The notes beneath the pieces are model-generated. The model was given only the letters and a program-made list of their open reading frames with translations. It had not been told where the DNA came from and searched no databases. Shown one piece after another: positions 41,200 to 53,903 of a stretch of 64,000 bases of DNA. The first letter of the stretch is position 1, and each line of letters starts with the position of its first letter. This DNA comes from Nitrospirales bacterium (GTDB lineage Bacteria; Nitrospirota; Nitrospiria; Nitrospirales; UBA8639), in contig CBDBCZ010000006.1 in the NCBI GenBank assembly GCA_965203295.1, positions 1 through 64,000 on the forward strand. The letters are read 5' to 3'. The position numbers were made by a program, and so were the translations under genes.

Positions 41200-42250
41200 C
41201 ACTTTTTTACCTCAGAGCATAGTAGCAGCTCTTTCTAATTAACCCCAGGTCTTCCTATCCCTACCTCTCTCTATATGGTTTTACTTCTCACTCACTGTCT
41301 AGTAATCTAGGATATCTCTCATCATCTAAATTATTGACCTATCACTCCTGCATTTAAAGATTTTAACCCCATATCCCCCCTTTCTGCTTCATTACACATT
41401 TTGGAAGAGCAGCCAAGTATTTTTCTAGCTGCTCTTAGCTGTATAAATTCTAAGAAAGCTGTTTATCGTTTATTACAAGCACACACCTCACTACCATAAT
41501 TATTCTAAAGTAGGGTGAAGTATTGAAACTAACAATAATTATTCTTCTTGCAACTGTACTGATAATCCTATTACCTAAAAACCTATGTAATTGATTAAGT
41601 TTTACTCTCCACTATTAATTGCCTTCTGCACATGATTATCCCATAAACTATTATCAGTGCTTAAGTAACAGTAACTTATAACCTCTGGAATGTCTTTATC
41701 ACCCACTTCCATGTACATGCACCTGTATTAACCTCTTTAGAAAATACCATAACAGCACTCTTTTCTTACGTTAGATTTTCAACCTCCATTTATTACAAAA
41801 CTCCTGTACTACACTAAACAACTCTTGTAAGTCTATAGTTGTTAGTTGGGGTTGAGAAGGCTGGGATTGGCATTATTATTAGAAAAGATGTTAAGGTTGG
41901 CAGTCTAATCATATCAACAAAGATTAGACTGCCAACCTTAACATCTTTCTTAATAATAATGCCAATTCCAGCCTTCTCAACCCCTACTAACAACTCATTG
42001 GAAAAAAAGGATAGGCGACATACGTATGTAATACAACCCTGTGCTACTCCCTGTCCTACATACTAAATGGTTTGAATTTCCCCCCTCTAGTATAAAACAG
42101 CACTCTGTGTGATGTAATACATATTCTTAATAACTCTCCACATCCTATCCCTAACCCAAGTTCCTTTTATTTAAACCACAAGCCATACCCATAAGTATCC
42201 ACAGAATATATAACCTGAAGCATATTACATGTGCAAACCTCTTATACAGT
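41200..42250 (-). mobile_element. Degenerate LINE reverse transcriptase interrupted by a fold-back
   Basis: GLWFK..MWRVIKNMY, GQGVAQGC..SPILF, KVGSLIFVD, LQELFSVVQEFCNKWRLK and AARKILGCSSKMCNEAERGDMG motifs. Confidence 0.85.
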
Positions 42251-42409
42251 ATTTGCCTTTACTTTTCACTGTTCACTAATCTTATTAAAAGCATACCATG
42301 TACACTTTGTGTTAATGCAGCATATTACTATGGAATTGTTCGTAGAAAGGCAACTTGCCTCTCAGGATTTAGTTCTACTAAACACCCATTAATTAATGAC
42401 CCTAAAATG

Positions 42410-42504
42410 GAGCCTCAGTCCCAGGCTTTCATTCAGCTTTGCAGTGCAAAAAAATGGACTGCAAAAAAAAAAAGAAGCTAGTTGAAGGCTTGGGAACGAG
42501 ACTA
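42410..42504. mobile_element. AcademH-like MITE
   Basis: GAGCCTCAGTCCCAGGC ... GCTTGGGAACGAGACTA flanked by CCTAAAATG / CCTAAAATA. Confidence 0.65.
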
Positions 42505-42869
42505 CCTAAAATACAGTTGCAAGATGGATAATAATTTTCAAATGTGCCAATAGTGCTGGGATAAAATGGACAGCAATTAATATTCAGTGCCTCTATACAG
42601 TATTGAAATATTTGTCTGTATAGTACTTTATTAGTGTGAGATTTCTGAATAGGAAGTCAAACGTACATACCAGTAGCAAAATTACTCAATAAGCTCATTA
42701 AAACATTGATAAAATGATGCAACTAAGTTAAGTGTAAACAACCCATAGTAGCATATTTACAGGTATTCACACATTAAAAGTAGAATCAAATACATACGAC
42801 AGTATCGATACAACTTTGATGTATACGCACATGTATAAAAATCACATCACTATCTGCAGATTTAAATGC

Positions 42870-43239
42870 TTACTTCAACTGAAGCTCTTGTTTTCCTTAT
42901 TAGAATCCTTGATCAGCCTCTCCAACTGATCACTTTGTAGTGATTCCCCACACGTACAAATATCATATGCACCTTTTACTAGAACTAAGCGATCGAATGG
43001 AACAGCAAAAGCATCAAAGACGACACCAGCATTGCTAAGGCTATGGACTACTATGTTCAGACAAGTTCGAGTGATTCAAGCTGTTGCAGCAAATTTGCCT
43101 GCTTGTATGCCGACCTTGATACCTGAATCAATTACTTTGTATCCACCATAGATCAAGAGTGCTTTTACAACTTGCCCTCTTCAAAATACAAGTAGACCTA
43201 TAACATATTTTACAAGCTCAAAGTTTTCAGACATTACTA
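42870..43239 (-). pseudogene. Apolipoprotein L-like 3' exon, copy 2
   Basis: Duplicate of 39310-39685. Confidence 0.6.
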
Positions 43240-43502
43240 CTACATGAAATTTTAGTCATACGTATATTACAACAACTTCATTATGTGATTAGATTATTAT
43301 TTTAATTAGGGCTACCTGCAGACTGTATAGAATTCCTGGCACACTCGTGCACTTAAAATTTCATGCAATCCTGGTGGCTTGACTATGATTTGGCATATGG
43401 TGTGAGTCACCCCACATGAGATCATAAGCAATAATTTTCATTACTTACACAGTCAGTTTTCCTTTTCCTGGAATTGTAGACTAATGCTTTCACTAGTTCA
43501 TG

Positions 43503-43688
43503 TTACTATAGTAACAAGTGTATGGAATAATATATAGAATATAGTAAGAATCCCATAGAGCATAAGAAGCTGAAGATGTGCATATACTAAATGGCTCAGA
43601 GCATGGGCAGCTTTATGTTTTAACTAGACCTCGGCTTCGCCTCGGCCTAGTTAGAACATAGCCGCCCAAGTTCTAAGCTATACCTAGA
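43503..43688. mobile_element. Hairpin-bearing insertion (possibly a non-autonomous Crypton-like fragment)
   Basis: Absent from the paralogous site at ~39942; flanked by a TCATG duplication; long stem with CCTCGGCTTCGCCTCGG core. Confidence 0.65.
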
Positions 43689-46600
43689 TCATGCCAGTAT
43701 ATTTGTGCTTTATACCACATTACATCACATCCAAGGTGTTTGATTGGAGCAGAAGCGGAGTATAAAGGATCATATAACACGTTTATGTTTTCATGTTTTA
43801 TTATACTACTTTTATGTTTTCATGTATTATGACATCGTAAATAACTGCTGCCTCTGGGAATGCTAGCCCAGCGTTTCTAGGTACCTATTCCACTGATTGG
43901 TCAAATGTTGTATAAGGCGGATATACCACGTCTACGAGGAGTATAAACGCAGATATACTCCGCTAGACGGTTTACCCGAGGCGATAGGTTTATCCTTAAG
44001 CTGTTTCTTATGGTTGTAATCTTATGACATACTCTATTCATAACTAACCCATTGTGGTGCTCTGAAAAACAATTCTAAGGAGCGAATCCATATCACACCT
44101 TTGCACAATTTGCTGTGCAGTTTCAGTTAGTATATACAGTAATGGTAGCCACTACAGTTTAAGTATAGCATCACATTGACACTAGCAAAAATAAGACACA
44201 AAGTACTACGGTTAGCATTTTACGATGATTAACGAGAGGCTTTCACATAGGGTACTGGATCAACTGGACTGCAACACAAGAAAGACAGAGTATCTAATTT
44301 GCCTCATTCTTCTTCAGAGTATTAGTAGCTGCTCTAAAGTTTACTGTATCTGATCACCTACCCCCCTCCCTCCCTTCCACAGGAATCTACTGCAGAACAA
44401 AGTATAAAATTAAAAGTAGACTTCTTCTTTGGAATATTGGTATCCATTTAGCTAGTTTGGCTGCTCTTCTAAAACATGTAGTGGGTTCATGTTCTTGTAA
44501 GTAGGGAGTAGGGACAGTATTGCCATCCTCTCTCGTGTCTAACTCAATTAGCTCCGTATGACTTGCCTGTTAATTAAAATGTAAGTCATGTCAGGGAAGA
44601 GATATATACAGGATTTCTCATCATTTACGTAAAATGACTTTTCATAATTCAAAAGTTCAAAGTACATATCTAAAGAGGCAGTTACAGGTACAGGTACGTA
44701 CTACATGCAAGGTACTAGTTATTGTAACTGAATGGTTAGCCATGTACAGAAGGTAATTAATAATTAAATAATCTATACCTGTCAATACATCAGTACAGTG
44801 GCAAGATGGATAATTATACGTATTGCATTCACTATTCCTGGATGTTTTGCATGATCGTCTGCTTCAAGTGAAAATAGAAAACAGAAAAGACCTATATAGA
44901 TATAACCAAGAAATACATGACTTGTATCAATGAATTAACTGAGAATCAAACATATGGTTTCATCTCCTATTTGGTGTCTTAGACTAGCTAAAGCAACTAT
45001 ACTAACACTTCCGTTGTTTCTTGAGAATGCTCCACAAAGTTTCTTCATCTCAGAGTGACCAATGTGTTCTTTTAAACAGCACAATAGCCATGGCATCAGT
45101 GGCTGTGAAACTGCTAATTTCATTCACTATCTAACAGTCTGAATGTAATCATACAGGGCTTTGCAGCAACAGTGGGTTTCATCACGGGTTTGACATGTAA
45201 ACAGCAACAGTGCACGACTGACAAAAGGGAAGTCCGTATAGCTGTCATGTGTTCGTATTGCAAATTCATGAAGCTATTATTTGTGAGCTACCCCATGAGG
45301 TCATCCTTTATAGTAACCTTGTGAACGATTAACCTTTTGTGGTTTAGGCCACTATTATTAAGGGTAGCAAGCACCCTGGATTCTTCACGGCAATCGGTAT
45401 CCATGCATCATCTTGACCAGTCAAGATTTAGCTCTAGCTTGGGACTTCCTTTACTGGCATTTGTCAGAAATATACTTTTTAACCTTTTAAATATACCACT
45501 GCTAACAAGCCCAACCTCTTACGTAAGTACACGCCCCTCAAAAAACTGCTTCAGCATAGAGGAAAACCTCTTCTTAAACACTCTTAAACACAACTTCATG
45601 TGAATATGGACTTGGTGGTTTGTGGATCTAGTTTTCTACCTCATGCAGACTCAACTTGATGTAGAGTCTGCCTGAGGTAGAAAAACAACAGACTCAGACA
45701 CGAGATTGAGTGGTGGCATTGTTACTGTTATGAATGAAGTCATACAGTGCACTACACTTTCACTGTCACTCCCATATGAGCTTACTTATTCTTTATTCTC
45801 CATTAGTAGCTGCTTTAACATCATCTCAACTTTACCTGTTCACCTAACCCCAACAGGAATCTATTATTAAGAGAACACCAACTGAAGTAAAGGTGTACAC
45901 ATGAAATAGAATGTAGATGGCATTGGAATCCATTCTGCTTGCAACATTTGAATATGGTTAGAGGTACCGGTTATGGGATTAAAATGGGGTGAACTAGTAC
46001 GGGTTAGGGCTAAATGAATGCACAGATATCAGACACCCTATTCATATGATTTCTCTAGTCTCACTTGGCTGGACTTAGCGTAGTTATTATACTAGTAGCC
46101 TAACAAGTGAATCCATGGAGCTCATGAGAGGGGGTGGTAACACCAACAGCATCAGGGTAAGAAATTAGAACAGCTAACAGCCTAACACTTAAGGTAGGAA
46201 GAGCCTCACCTGGAATCCACAATTCAAATGGATGGCTTTGTTGATAACATGAAAGTCTACCTCGAATTGACAAAAATTTTGCATCTAACCACACCTCCTG
46301 CTAAATAATCCACAAAAACGCAATTTCGGGTTGCTTTAAAATACGAGAAATTTTGGAATCTGCTAGAGCCCCACCCACAGTCTGGCAACAACACCAGTAC
46401 CTACAGAGGACAGGCTACAAACGTAGGGATGCTTTTTCACAGGAATGCTTCAAAGCCAGTTTTACAGCCCTGAACGCATCCAACCACCCCAAAACCCTCA
46501 TTTTCGCTATCCTGACTTTCAAAAAAAATTCGGCAACCGCCCACGCTCACCCGACGAATTCGAGCCCTGCATTACAAACTTCAACCTACTCCCACAAAAA

Positions 46601-47621
46601 TTAGGGATGCGATTTTTCATTCACCCCTCGGTTTCTGAGAACCACCCACCAGAGCTCTCCCTATAAATCTCCACAGATTTTCACACAACTAGCTATTCGA
46701 GCTAATTTTTAAAAAATGGGCGGGGCCTACAGACCCGAAAGGTGACTATTCTAGCCTACCTGAGATGGGCAACAACCTGCCACTATCCGTCTGTCTGGCT
46801 GACTTCTAGCCACTCGGGCAGCCTAACAAACTTTCTACAACACACTAGCTAGCTATTCTGACATAAAAAGCCTACTCACAATTCTATGATGTCATATCTT
46901 CTTTTAAAAAAAAAAAAAAAGTGTTGAAAGCCAACATCAGAGTACCGCTCAACCACATCAAAGTGCCGATATCACATATGAAAGAGCCGCTATCCACATC
47001 AAAGTGACACACCCCTCCTGTTGATTCCGGTTGCCGCCATGGGAAAATGCAAACATATCAATGAATCTAATTAGCGCCACGTGAGTGACGTCATCTCATT
47101 AATTATTCATGAGGAGAATCACGCGGATTCGAAGGTGAGGCCCTTCCTACCTTAAGTTTACTCCTGAGAAAACACAGTTTCCTTGTCTCAGAGTGATGGT
47201 GTGTTCTAGAAATAGCACAACAGACATGACATCAGTGGCAATAAAATTACTTTATTCACCCTTTGTCTTTGTAAAATTCATTGTCAATTGTAGTCATCTT
47301 ATATACATAATGTAGTAGCTGTGTAATAAAAGGCGCACTGGCTCTTGTGGCAAAGCAAATTGTGATTTACTAGGCCCTATAAATCAACCAGTTTGCATGC
47401 AAGTCAGGCTAAAAATATATAAGCTACGGCTATAAAGTTTAGTAGTGGCCATGTCTGATCTAATAAAGGACGATAGGTTTCATAGTGCTACTAAAATAGC
47501 AGAGAAACTATCAAAAGACATTGCCAAATGGGAGGATAGCCGAGCAGGAACTCTCGCCACCCTGAGAGATATTCAAAAGACAATTGAAGAAAGTTACCAT
47601 GATCGCACCATAGCAAAAGTA

Positions 47622-48808
47622 AAACCTCTTCTATTTATATCCCGGAAATTCTAATTCTAATTTAGAGCCAATTTGATCTTGTTGATTTGTATTACCAAAT
47701 GAGGATTTAAACAAAATGTTTAAACTTCTTGATGAACAAAAGACAAAAGTGATTAATAGAGCAAAAGCATACAAGTGTGCAGTATAATAATTACTACGCA
47801 TGTTCTTCATAATATTACGATTCTTCGTCTTCATACTCCTGAGCTGTGTCGTCGTCTTCATTGCTGTTGTCAAGCACTCTCTTAACTTTCCCCATTATGG
47901 AGAATGAGTCCTTCGCAACCACGACAACATCTCTGCAAGCACTCAGGATACCAGCAGCTGCACCTGAAGAAGAATAAAACACAGACATTGAAATTTCAAG
48001 GCTGACAAAGTAACATTGAAACTTTCAATACCAGCAAAGTAAAAGTAGCTACCATTGAAATTTCAAGACTGGCAAAGTACCCTTTGATATTTCAAGACTG
48101 GCAAAGTACCTTTGAAATTTCAAGACTGGCAAAATACCCTTGAAATTTCAAGACCGTCAAAATTACATTGAAATTTCAAGACTGGCAAAGTAGCTACCTT
48201 TGAAATTTCAAGACTGGCAAAGTACCCTTGAAATTTCAAGACTGGCAAAGTAACTTTGAAATTTCAAGACTGGCAAAGTACCCTTGAAATTTCAGGACTG
48301 GCAAAGTAACTTTAAAATTTTAAGACTTGCAAAGTACCCTTGAAATTTCAAGACTGGCAAAGTAATTTTGAAATTTCAAGACTGGCAAAGTACCCTTGAA
48401 ATTTCAAGACTGGCAAAGTGACTTTGAAATTTCAAGACTGGCAAAGTACCCTTGAAATTTCAAGACTGGCAAAGTAACTTTGAAATTTCAAGACTGGCAA
48501 AGTACCCTTGAAATTTCGTTTCAAGACCAGCAAAATAATATTGAAATTACAAGACTGGCAAAATAACATTGAAATTTCAAGACCGGTAAAGATTTTAAGA
48601 CCAGCAAAGTAACATCGAAAATTCAAGACAGGTACTACATGTTTTTCATACAGGCAAAAGTAATTTCAAGCCAAACAATAGGCATAAAACTACGTGTACA
48701 AACTGAGTGAGTACGTATGTACCTTCTGAAGCATTCAGCAAAAGAACTTGGTCCTTCTTTTCGGACAACAAAGACACGAGCTCGTTTGTGAAAGTCCCTA
48801 TATCTCTA
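47622..48808. mobile_element. 1.19-kb insertion in the APOL-like exon, with TA duplication
   Basis: Removing it restores the frame (gta agt ggt). It contains a minisatellite and a Cys-rich/acidic exon relic. Confidence 0.75.
47986..48630 (+). repeat. 28-bp minisatellite TTGAAATTTCAAGACTGGCAAAGTA(CCC/ACT)
   Basis: Period 28 bp (48228, 48256, 48284); about 20 units. Confidence 0.95.
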
Positions 48809-49598
48809 AGTGGTGCATCTGCTGCTGTTGCGGGTAGTACCATGGCCATCATTGGCTTTGGGTTGAGCTTCGTAACGTTTGGTGCAAGCCTAGGCCTCAC
48901 CATTGCGGGATCAATTGTTGCAGCTTGTGGCGGTGTGACAGAGAGGCGCTGACATCGGTGACTGGCTTGTATCTAAGTCGCAGATGAAGACAGCCGAAAG
49001 GGTGATCAAACGTGACAAAGAATTGTCCTCTACTGTTTGTGAAACAAGTAAGGATTTGGCCACAGCTATTTCACAGCTGAATCGCAAGTATCCAGCTTTC
49101 AAAGAAGATCGGATTTATGGATTGATTTCGAGTGTAGTCAAAAGTGAGTGGTAATATGTATACCTTCAACATACACTGACCTTGGTCCTGTCCGGCCGTC
49201 CCTAGTAGTCAAAATAGTGATAGACTTTTTTACCCCACGCGCGTATACGCAAGCGGGGTTAAGCAATTCGTTTTGTCCCAGAGGAGGTCCGACAAGCTGC
49301 GTATCCTAGCGGTGATTGATGAAGTTCCGCGTGACCTAAAAGGGAGGGGGAAACGATGCACGCAAAATGTTACTATCAACTGCAGTGTATAGGATAGCCT
49401 CGCGCTATGTATAGCAGCTTTTGGAGGTTTGTAGGCCAAACTACAGCAAATGAAGATAGTGTTTTGTTGCCTAGATGGCGAAAACGCGGTAGGCAGCCGT
49501 AAAGAATGAGCTATACAAACAAACTAGTGAATACCAACTGTCTCCGCGAGGGCGGTGGGGTACTTTACCATCTGCTCTTCGCCGCGGTGGGCGCTTAG

Positions 49599-50463
49599 TA
49601 GTCTCGCGAGCCAGCCTACTTTGATCCTCAGCACCGATCGCTTTCGGCCGCATACTAATTAGTGATCGGCACTGCGGAAATTAAGTGGGCCGGTGTAAGC
49701 GCGATTTGGGGACCCCCGGCCCCGCGATATGGGGACCCCGTCCCAAAAACGCTAGCGATGTGAGGACCCCCACAGGCCCTATTTCGCTAGCGGTACAGGG
49801 ATCCCGTCAGCGACTTGGGGACCCCTGTACCGCTAACGGTAGTGAGCGATGGGTATAGGTATAAAAGTGGACGCACATTTCCCTTGTTTTTATCTCGAGT
49901 TGTATGTAAGATTTTGTAGTAGCTGTATGTAAACTTTTGCTTTTATGTATATTTATGTTTGGTGTGTTATTTCTTCCATATATATTCTCATTAGAACATT
50001 CTGAACATGTATGAATTTCAAACCCTATATAATATACCTTGCACTAACTCCTGGAGCTGTAGCTAATAGAGGTATGGGATTACAACTTGGTTTTGAATGC
50101 TCTGTAGATAGACTAGCTGGTGCCTTTCATGTATTTGTGCTGTATATACTTAAACTAACATATTAGAACATGCTGACTCACAAGACTTAGTATGAATTCA
50201 TTGCTACAATACCTTACACTAATAGATGCTTTCATGTTATTTATTCATTGAAGATACGGTGCAGTTAGCGGGATCAGAACAGACAATGTAGGGGTCCCTA
50301 AATCACTAAAGGATCCCCATATCGCCAGCGTTTCGCGGCCCCTCGGGCCCCATATCGCTAGAGATTTCGGGGACCCCGGTCCCCATATCTCTAGCGATAC
50401 GGGGACCGGGGGTCCCCATTTCGGGGGGTCCCGATATCGCGCGTACACCGGTTCACGAGACTA
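49599..50463. mobile_element. AcademH-like MITE with 9-bp TSD
   Basis: TAGTCTCGCGAGCC ... GGTTCACGAGACTA flanked by GGCGCTTAG / GGCGTTTAG. Confidence 0.75.
49694..50447. mobile_element. Non-autonomous Ginger1-type DNA transposon (754 bp)
   Basis: CCGG|TGTAAGCGCGAT ... ATCGCGCGTACA|CCGG; GGGGACCCC-rich imperfect TIRs; AT-rich interior. Confidence 0.85.
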
Positions 50464-51405
50464 GGCGTTTAGCAGCCTGCTGTTGCGTATTTCCTGTCGG
50501 GGACAAGCGCTTTCCTGATGAGTGAGGCCTCGTTGCGTCTTTCAGTCATTCTGGAACATCACTCAAGAGACGACAGGATTTTGCCTCCAAAGGCAACCAA
50601 GGTGTCAGAATCGCGAGGGAAAAATAGAGAAGGTGAAGGGTCTGAGAACTAGACAAGTGTATCACACGCAAAGGAAGGCTTACTACACCGCCTAGGTTAG
50701 TAGAGTTAGTGCGGTTATTTTGTGACGCCGCAGAGGGCTAGCGCCGTTTATCAAAAGATTATATTGTGACTGTTACAGCAAAACATGGAGAACATGTGTC
50801 ATATAGCAATCAAACTGGGTTCATTTCCTGGATTATGCAATAATGACATCATACTGACGAGGATAGTCTATATACTCGGTCTCTAGTCTCAGTAGTCTCA
50901 CAATTTACATGTAGACGGACCGAGCATTGCGAACATGAGGTAATTACATGTAAGCATATATGGTCCATCTTCTGCGCGCGGTAGCCGGAGTTGATAATTA
51001 GGATAGGCCTAAGACTTTTATTTGTAGCCGTTTTGTCACTAGTGGCTGTTCTCGCTACTGGCTGGCAGCATAATAAATAGTTTTCTGTGACTACAATAAC
51101 CAGTGGTTATTATCTATATGCCCGCATTTGGAGACAATTGTGCATGGATGACAGTTTATAACAACTGACCTTTTGCTTATATCTGTGTTGACTAATATTT
51201 TGTCACATTGGCTATAAGCTTTGTTTATGTTCCGAATTATCTAGCATAATAGACTAGAATGGAAGCGTAATAGGGATAATTTTGTGGGAATTGCACATTT
51301 TTTTTTAACATAATGTGGACAAGCCTTAGCCCTATACCTTGTTGGGCCTACCCTAATTGCCGTAACGCGACGATTCCGGAAAGTACTATGCATACCTAAT
51401 TCCAT

Positions 51406-52700
51406 GCATGCATGTGTCTTGTCATGAACGCTTACAAATAGCAGAAATGCTCCCAATTTTCAAATACAATGGTTTAGCCTATGTAATTATTGAAAATGCA
51501 GTCGTCAGAAACGCTCACAATGAGCAGAAACCTTCCCGAAATGTAAGTACAATGACATAGCATAAAAACGCATGCATTCGAAATGCAGTTTATATGTCCT
51601 ATCAGAAACGCTTACAAATAGTAGAAGCTTTCCGAAAGGTTCAAAATGAGCAGAAACGTGCCCGAATTCCAAACACATTAATTTAGCCTATAAAAGTATT
51701 GAAAATGCAGTTTATGTATGTTGTCACAAACGCTAACATAGAGCAGGAGCGCTCCCGAAATTCAAACACAATTATTATAGTTAGCATATAATGGCATTGA
51801 AAATGCAGTGTTAATACCGTGTCAGAATCGCTTACGGAGAGCAGAAATGCTCCCGATATATAACCACAATCATTTAGCATATTTATAATAATATAAGTGT
51901 ATTGAAGATTCGGTGGACATTATAATCATGTCAGAAACTTTGAAACAAGTAGCAACGCGACTGAATCTCAAACCATATAAGGGTATTTAAAATGCAGTGT
52001 ACATAACTTGTCAGAAACGTTCATAACAAGTAGAAACGCCCCAAAAATTCAAACACAATGATTGAACATATAATGCTATTGCTAATGCAGTGTATATATG
52101 TTGTCACAAACACTTACAAAGAGCAGCAACACTCCCAAAATTCAAACACAATGATATAGAGTAAGGCATTGAAAATGTAGTGCATGTGTTTTGTCAGAAA
52201 TGCTTACGAAGAGCAGAAACGTTCCCGAAATTTAAAACACAATGCTTCAGCATGATATAATTGTAGTGAAATGCTGTGTATAGTCTTGTTAGAAACGCTT
52301 GAAATGAGCAGAAACGTTCCCAAAGTATAAACGCAATGATTTAGCATACAAGGGTATTGAAAATAAAGTGTATATATCTCGACAGAAACATGCACAATGA
52401 GCAGAAACGTTCCCGAAATTAAAATGCAAAGATTTAGAATAAAATGGTATAAAATGCAGTGTGTTTGTCCTGTCAAAAACGCTGACAAAGAGCGAAACTT
52501 TCCCCAAAGTCAAACACAGTAATTTTGCCTATAATAATGGTTTTTAAAATGCAGTGCATGTATCGTATCAGAAAATTTTATAAGAGGTACAATCATTCCC
52601 GAAATTGAAACTCAAATATTAGGATATGAAACAAGTATTGGAAGTATGCTGGTTATGTCTCTTATCAGAAGCTCTAAAAAGATGAGACGCTCCCAAATTC
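51406..52700 (-). repeat. Diverged ~90-bp tandem repeat family (also 54512-54980 and 62580-64000)
   Basis: Recurring AATCATTGTGTTTGAATTTCGGGAACGTTTCTGCTC..AAGCGTTTCTGAC..CACTGCATTTTCAA. Confidence 0.9.
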
Positions 52701-53528
52701 AAACGCGTCTACATATTAAGTTCATCATACAACCCAGAAAAATTTCTCTCCCTTCTCTTCGTATGCGATGTTGTGTGTCTAACTTACTATGTAAAACACA
52801 TGTACAGGATTGTCCATATACACTAACACAGAATGTATTAAAAAGGTGATTAATTCCTTCAAAAACTGTAAATATGTACAGTTGCTGTCAGATTGTAAAC
52901 TATTTGTAGGTATATATCATTTAAATGTCAAGTGTATTATTTATAGCTATTTTCTTCACAGGTTCCCAGAATAGCAAAAGCTCACACACTAACCCCTGGG
53001 AAGATGCTGTCCCTGTTCAAGGACAATGTTTGTCAGGTACATTAACTTGTAGGCCTTGTCTGCTATTGGATATGACCTTAACTGGGAATCTTGGTACATG
53101 TTTTGCAGTTTCTTGTGGAGGTACTACATCAGAAGAAGGGTTTCATTTTGATGGCAGACAAAAAAGAACCATTCTATCAGGTGCTTGTGTAGACCTATGA
53201 AGACTTCCTCATGTTGTGAAATGCAGAGTTTCCTTGCAAGGTCTTGCAATGTTCTAACATAGCTTTCTTGCAGAATTTTGTAAATTATCTAGCAGACTTC
53301 TTGCAGGACTCACAAGGATTTTGGCCGCTTCTTGCATGATCTTGCATTTTATTTCTTGCAAGCCCTTGCAAAACTTCTCATCATGCAACAAAAATCTTGC
53401 AAGGTGTTAGAATCTTGTGTTAAAATTTGCGTGACTCATAGAAAAATCCTGCAAGATCTGGTGCAAGAACCTTGCAAGACATTCATCTGCTTCCTTATAT
53501 ATTGACTCCAGTTGCCCTGGATAACAAT
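51406..53528 (+). repeat. Left arm of a ~2.1-kb inverted repeat (partner 61748-63869); carries two ATR-like exons (52962-53036, 53109-53180)
   Basis: Reverse-complement match along the whole length; mirrored ORFs in the track (52925..53200 + and 61996..62343 -). Confidence 0.95.
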
Positions 53529-53903
53529 TTCTGCATGCACCGGATTTTCAATGCCTTTTTATGCTACATCATTGTAGTTGAATTTATGAATGCTAGCAAA
53601 ACTAATGCTATAGCAACACCTGTACAGCAAGTAGCTATAATACATTACAATTACAAAAGAATGTGTACTGTACAGTGCATTTACATTTTAACTAAAGTGT
53701 TTCAAAGATTACATACAAGTTCTGCTGCTTTCACGTTATTTCAGCATGGCCAGCTACGACAGACTGCTAGCTTGTTTGGAGAAATACTGTCTTTATAGAG
53801 CTAGTTTGTTCACAGAAATCCCGTAGGTACTATTTAGAATGGTCACACAGCATGGGGGGGAGAGAAACAGAAACACTTAGTGACAAATGGGGACCCGGGT
53901 TAC

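Larger units (their letters stand above)
39141..43709 (+). repeat. Direct segmental duplication (39141-39962 and 42697-43709)
   Basis: Near-identical ~820-bp blocks; the second carries an insertion at 43503-43688. Confidence 0.9.
47451..49143 (+). pseudogene. Apolipoprotein L-like gene, 5' coding exon (47451-47621 + 48809-49143), disrupted
   Basis: Joined reading: ..TLATLRDIQKTIEESYHDRTIAKV|SGASAAVAGSTMAIIGFGLSFVTFGASLGLTIAGSIVAACGGVT, matching the APOL hydrophobic hairpin motif. Frameshift at ~48944; phase-1 donor GTGAGT at 49144. Confidence 0.8.
49226..50748 (+). mobile_element. Probable non-autonomous Helentron/Helitron2-like element hosting nested insertions
   Basis: T-run start with hairpin TACCCC..GCGTATACGC..GGGGTT; putative 3' end GCAGAGGGCTAGCGCC. 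The boundaries are uncertain. Confidence 0.4.

Noticed and set aside
47986..48630. CRISPR array suggested by the palindromic 28-bp repeat
   Set aside because: Units are head-to-tail with no spacers.
47619..48810. GT..AG intron in the APOL-like gene
   Set aside because: Splicing GTAAAA..CTAAG gives the wrong frame, whereas removal with a TA duplication restores it.
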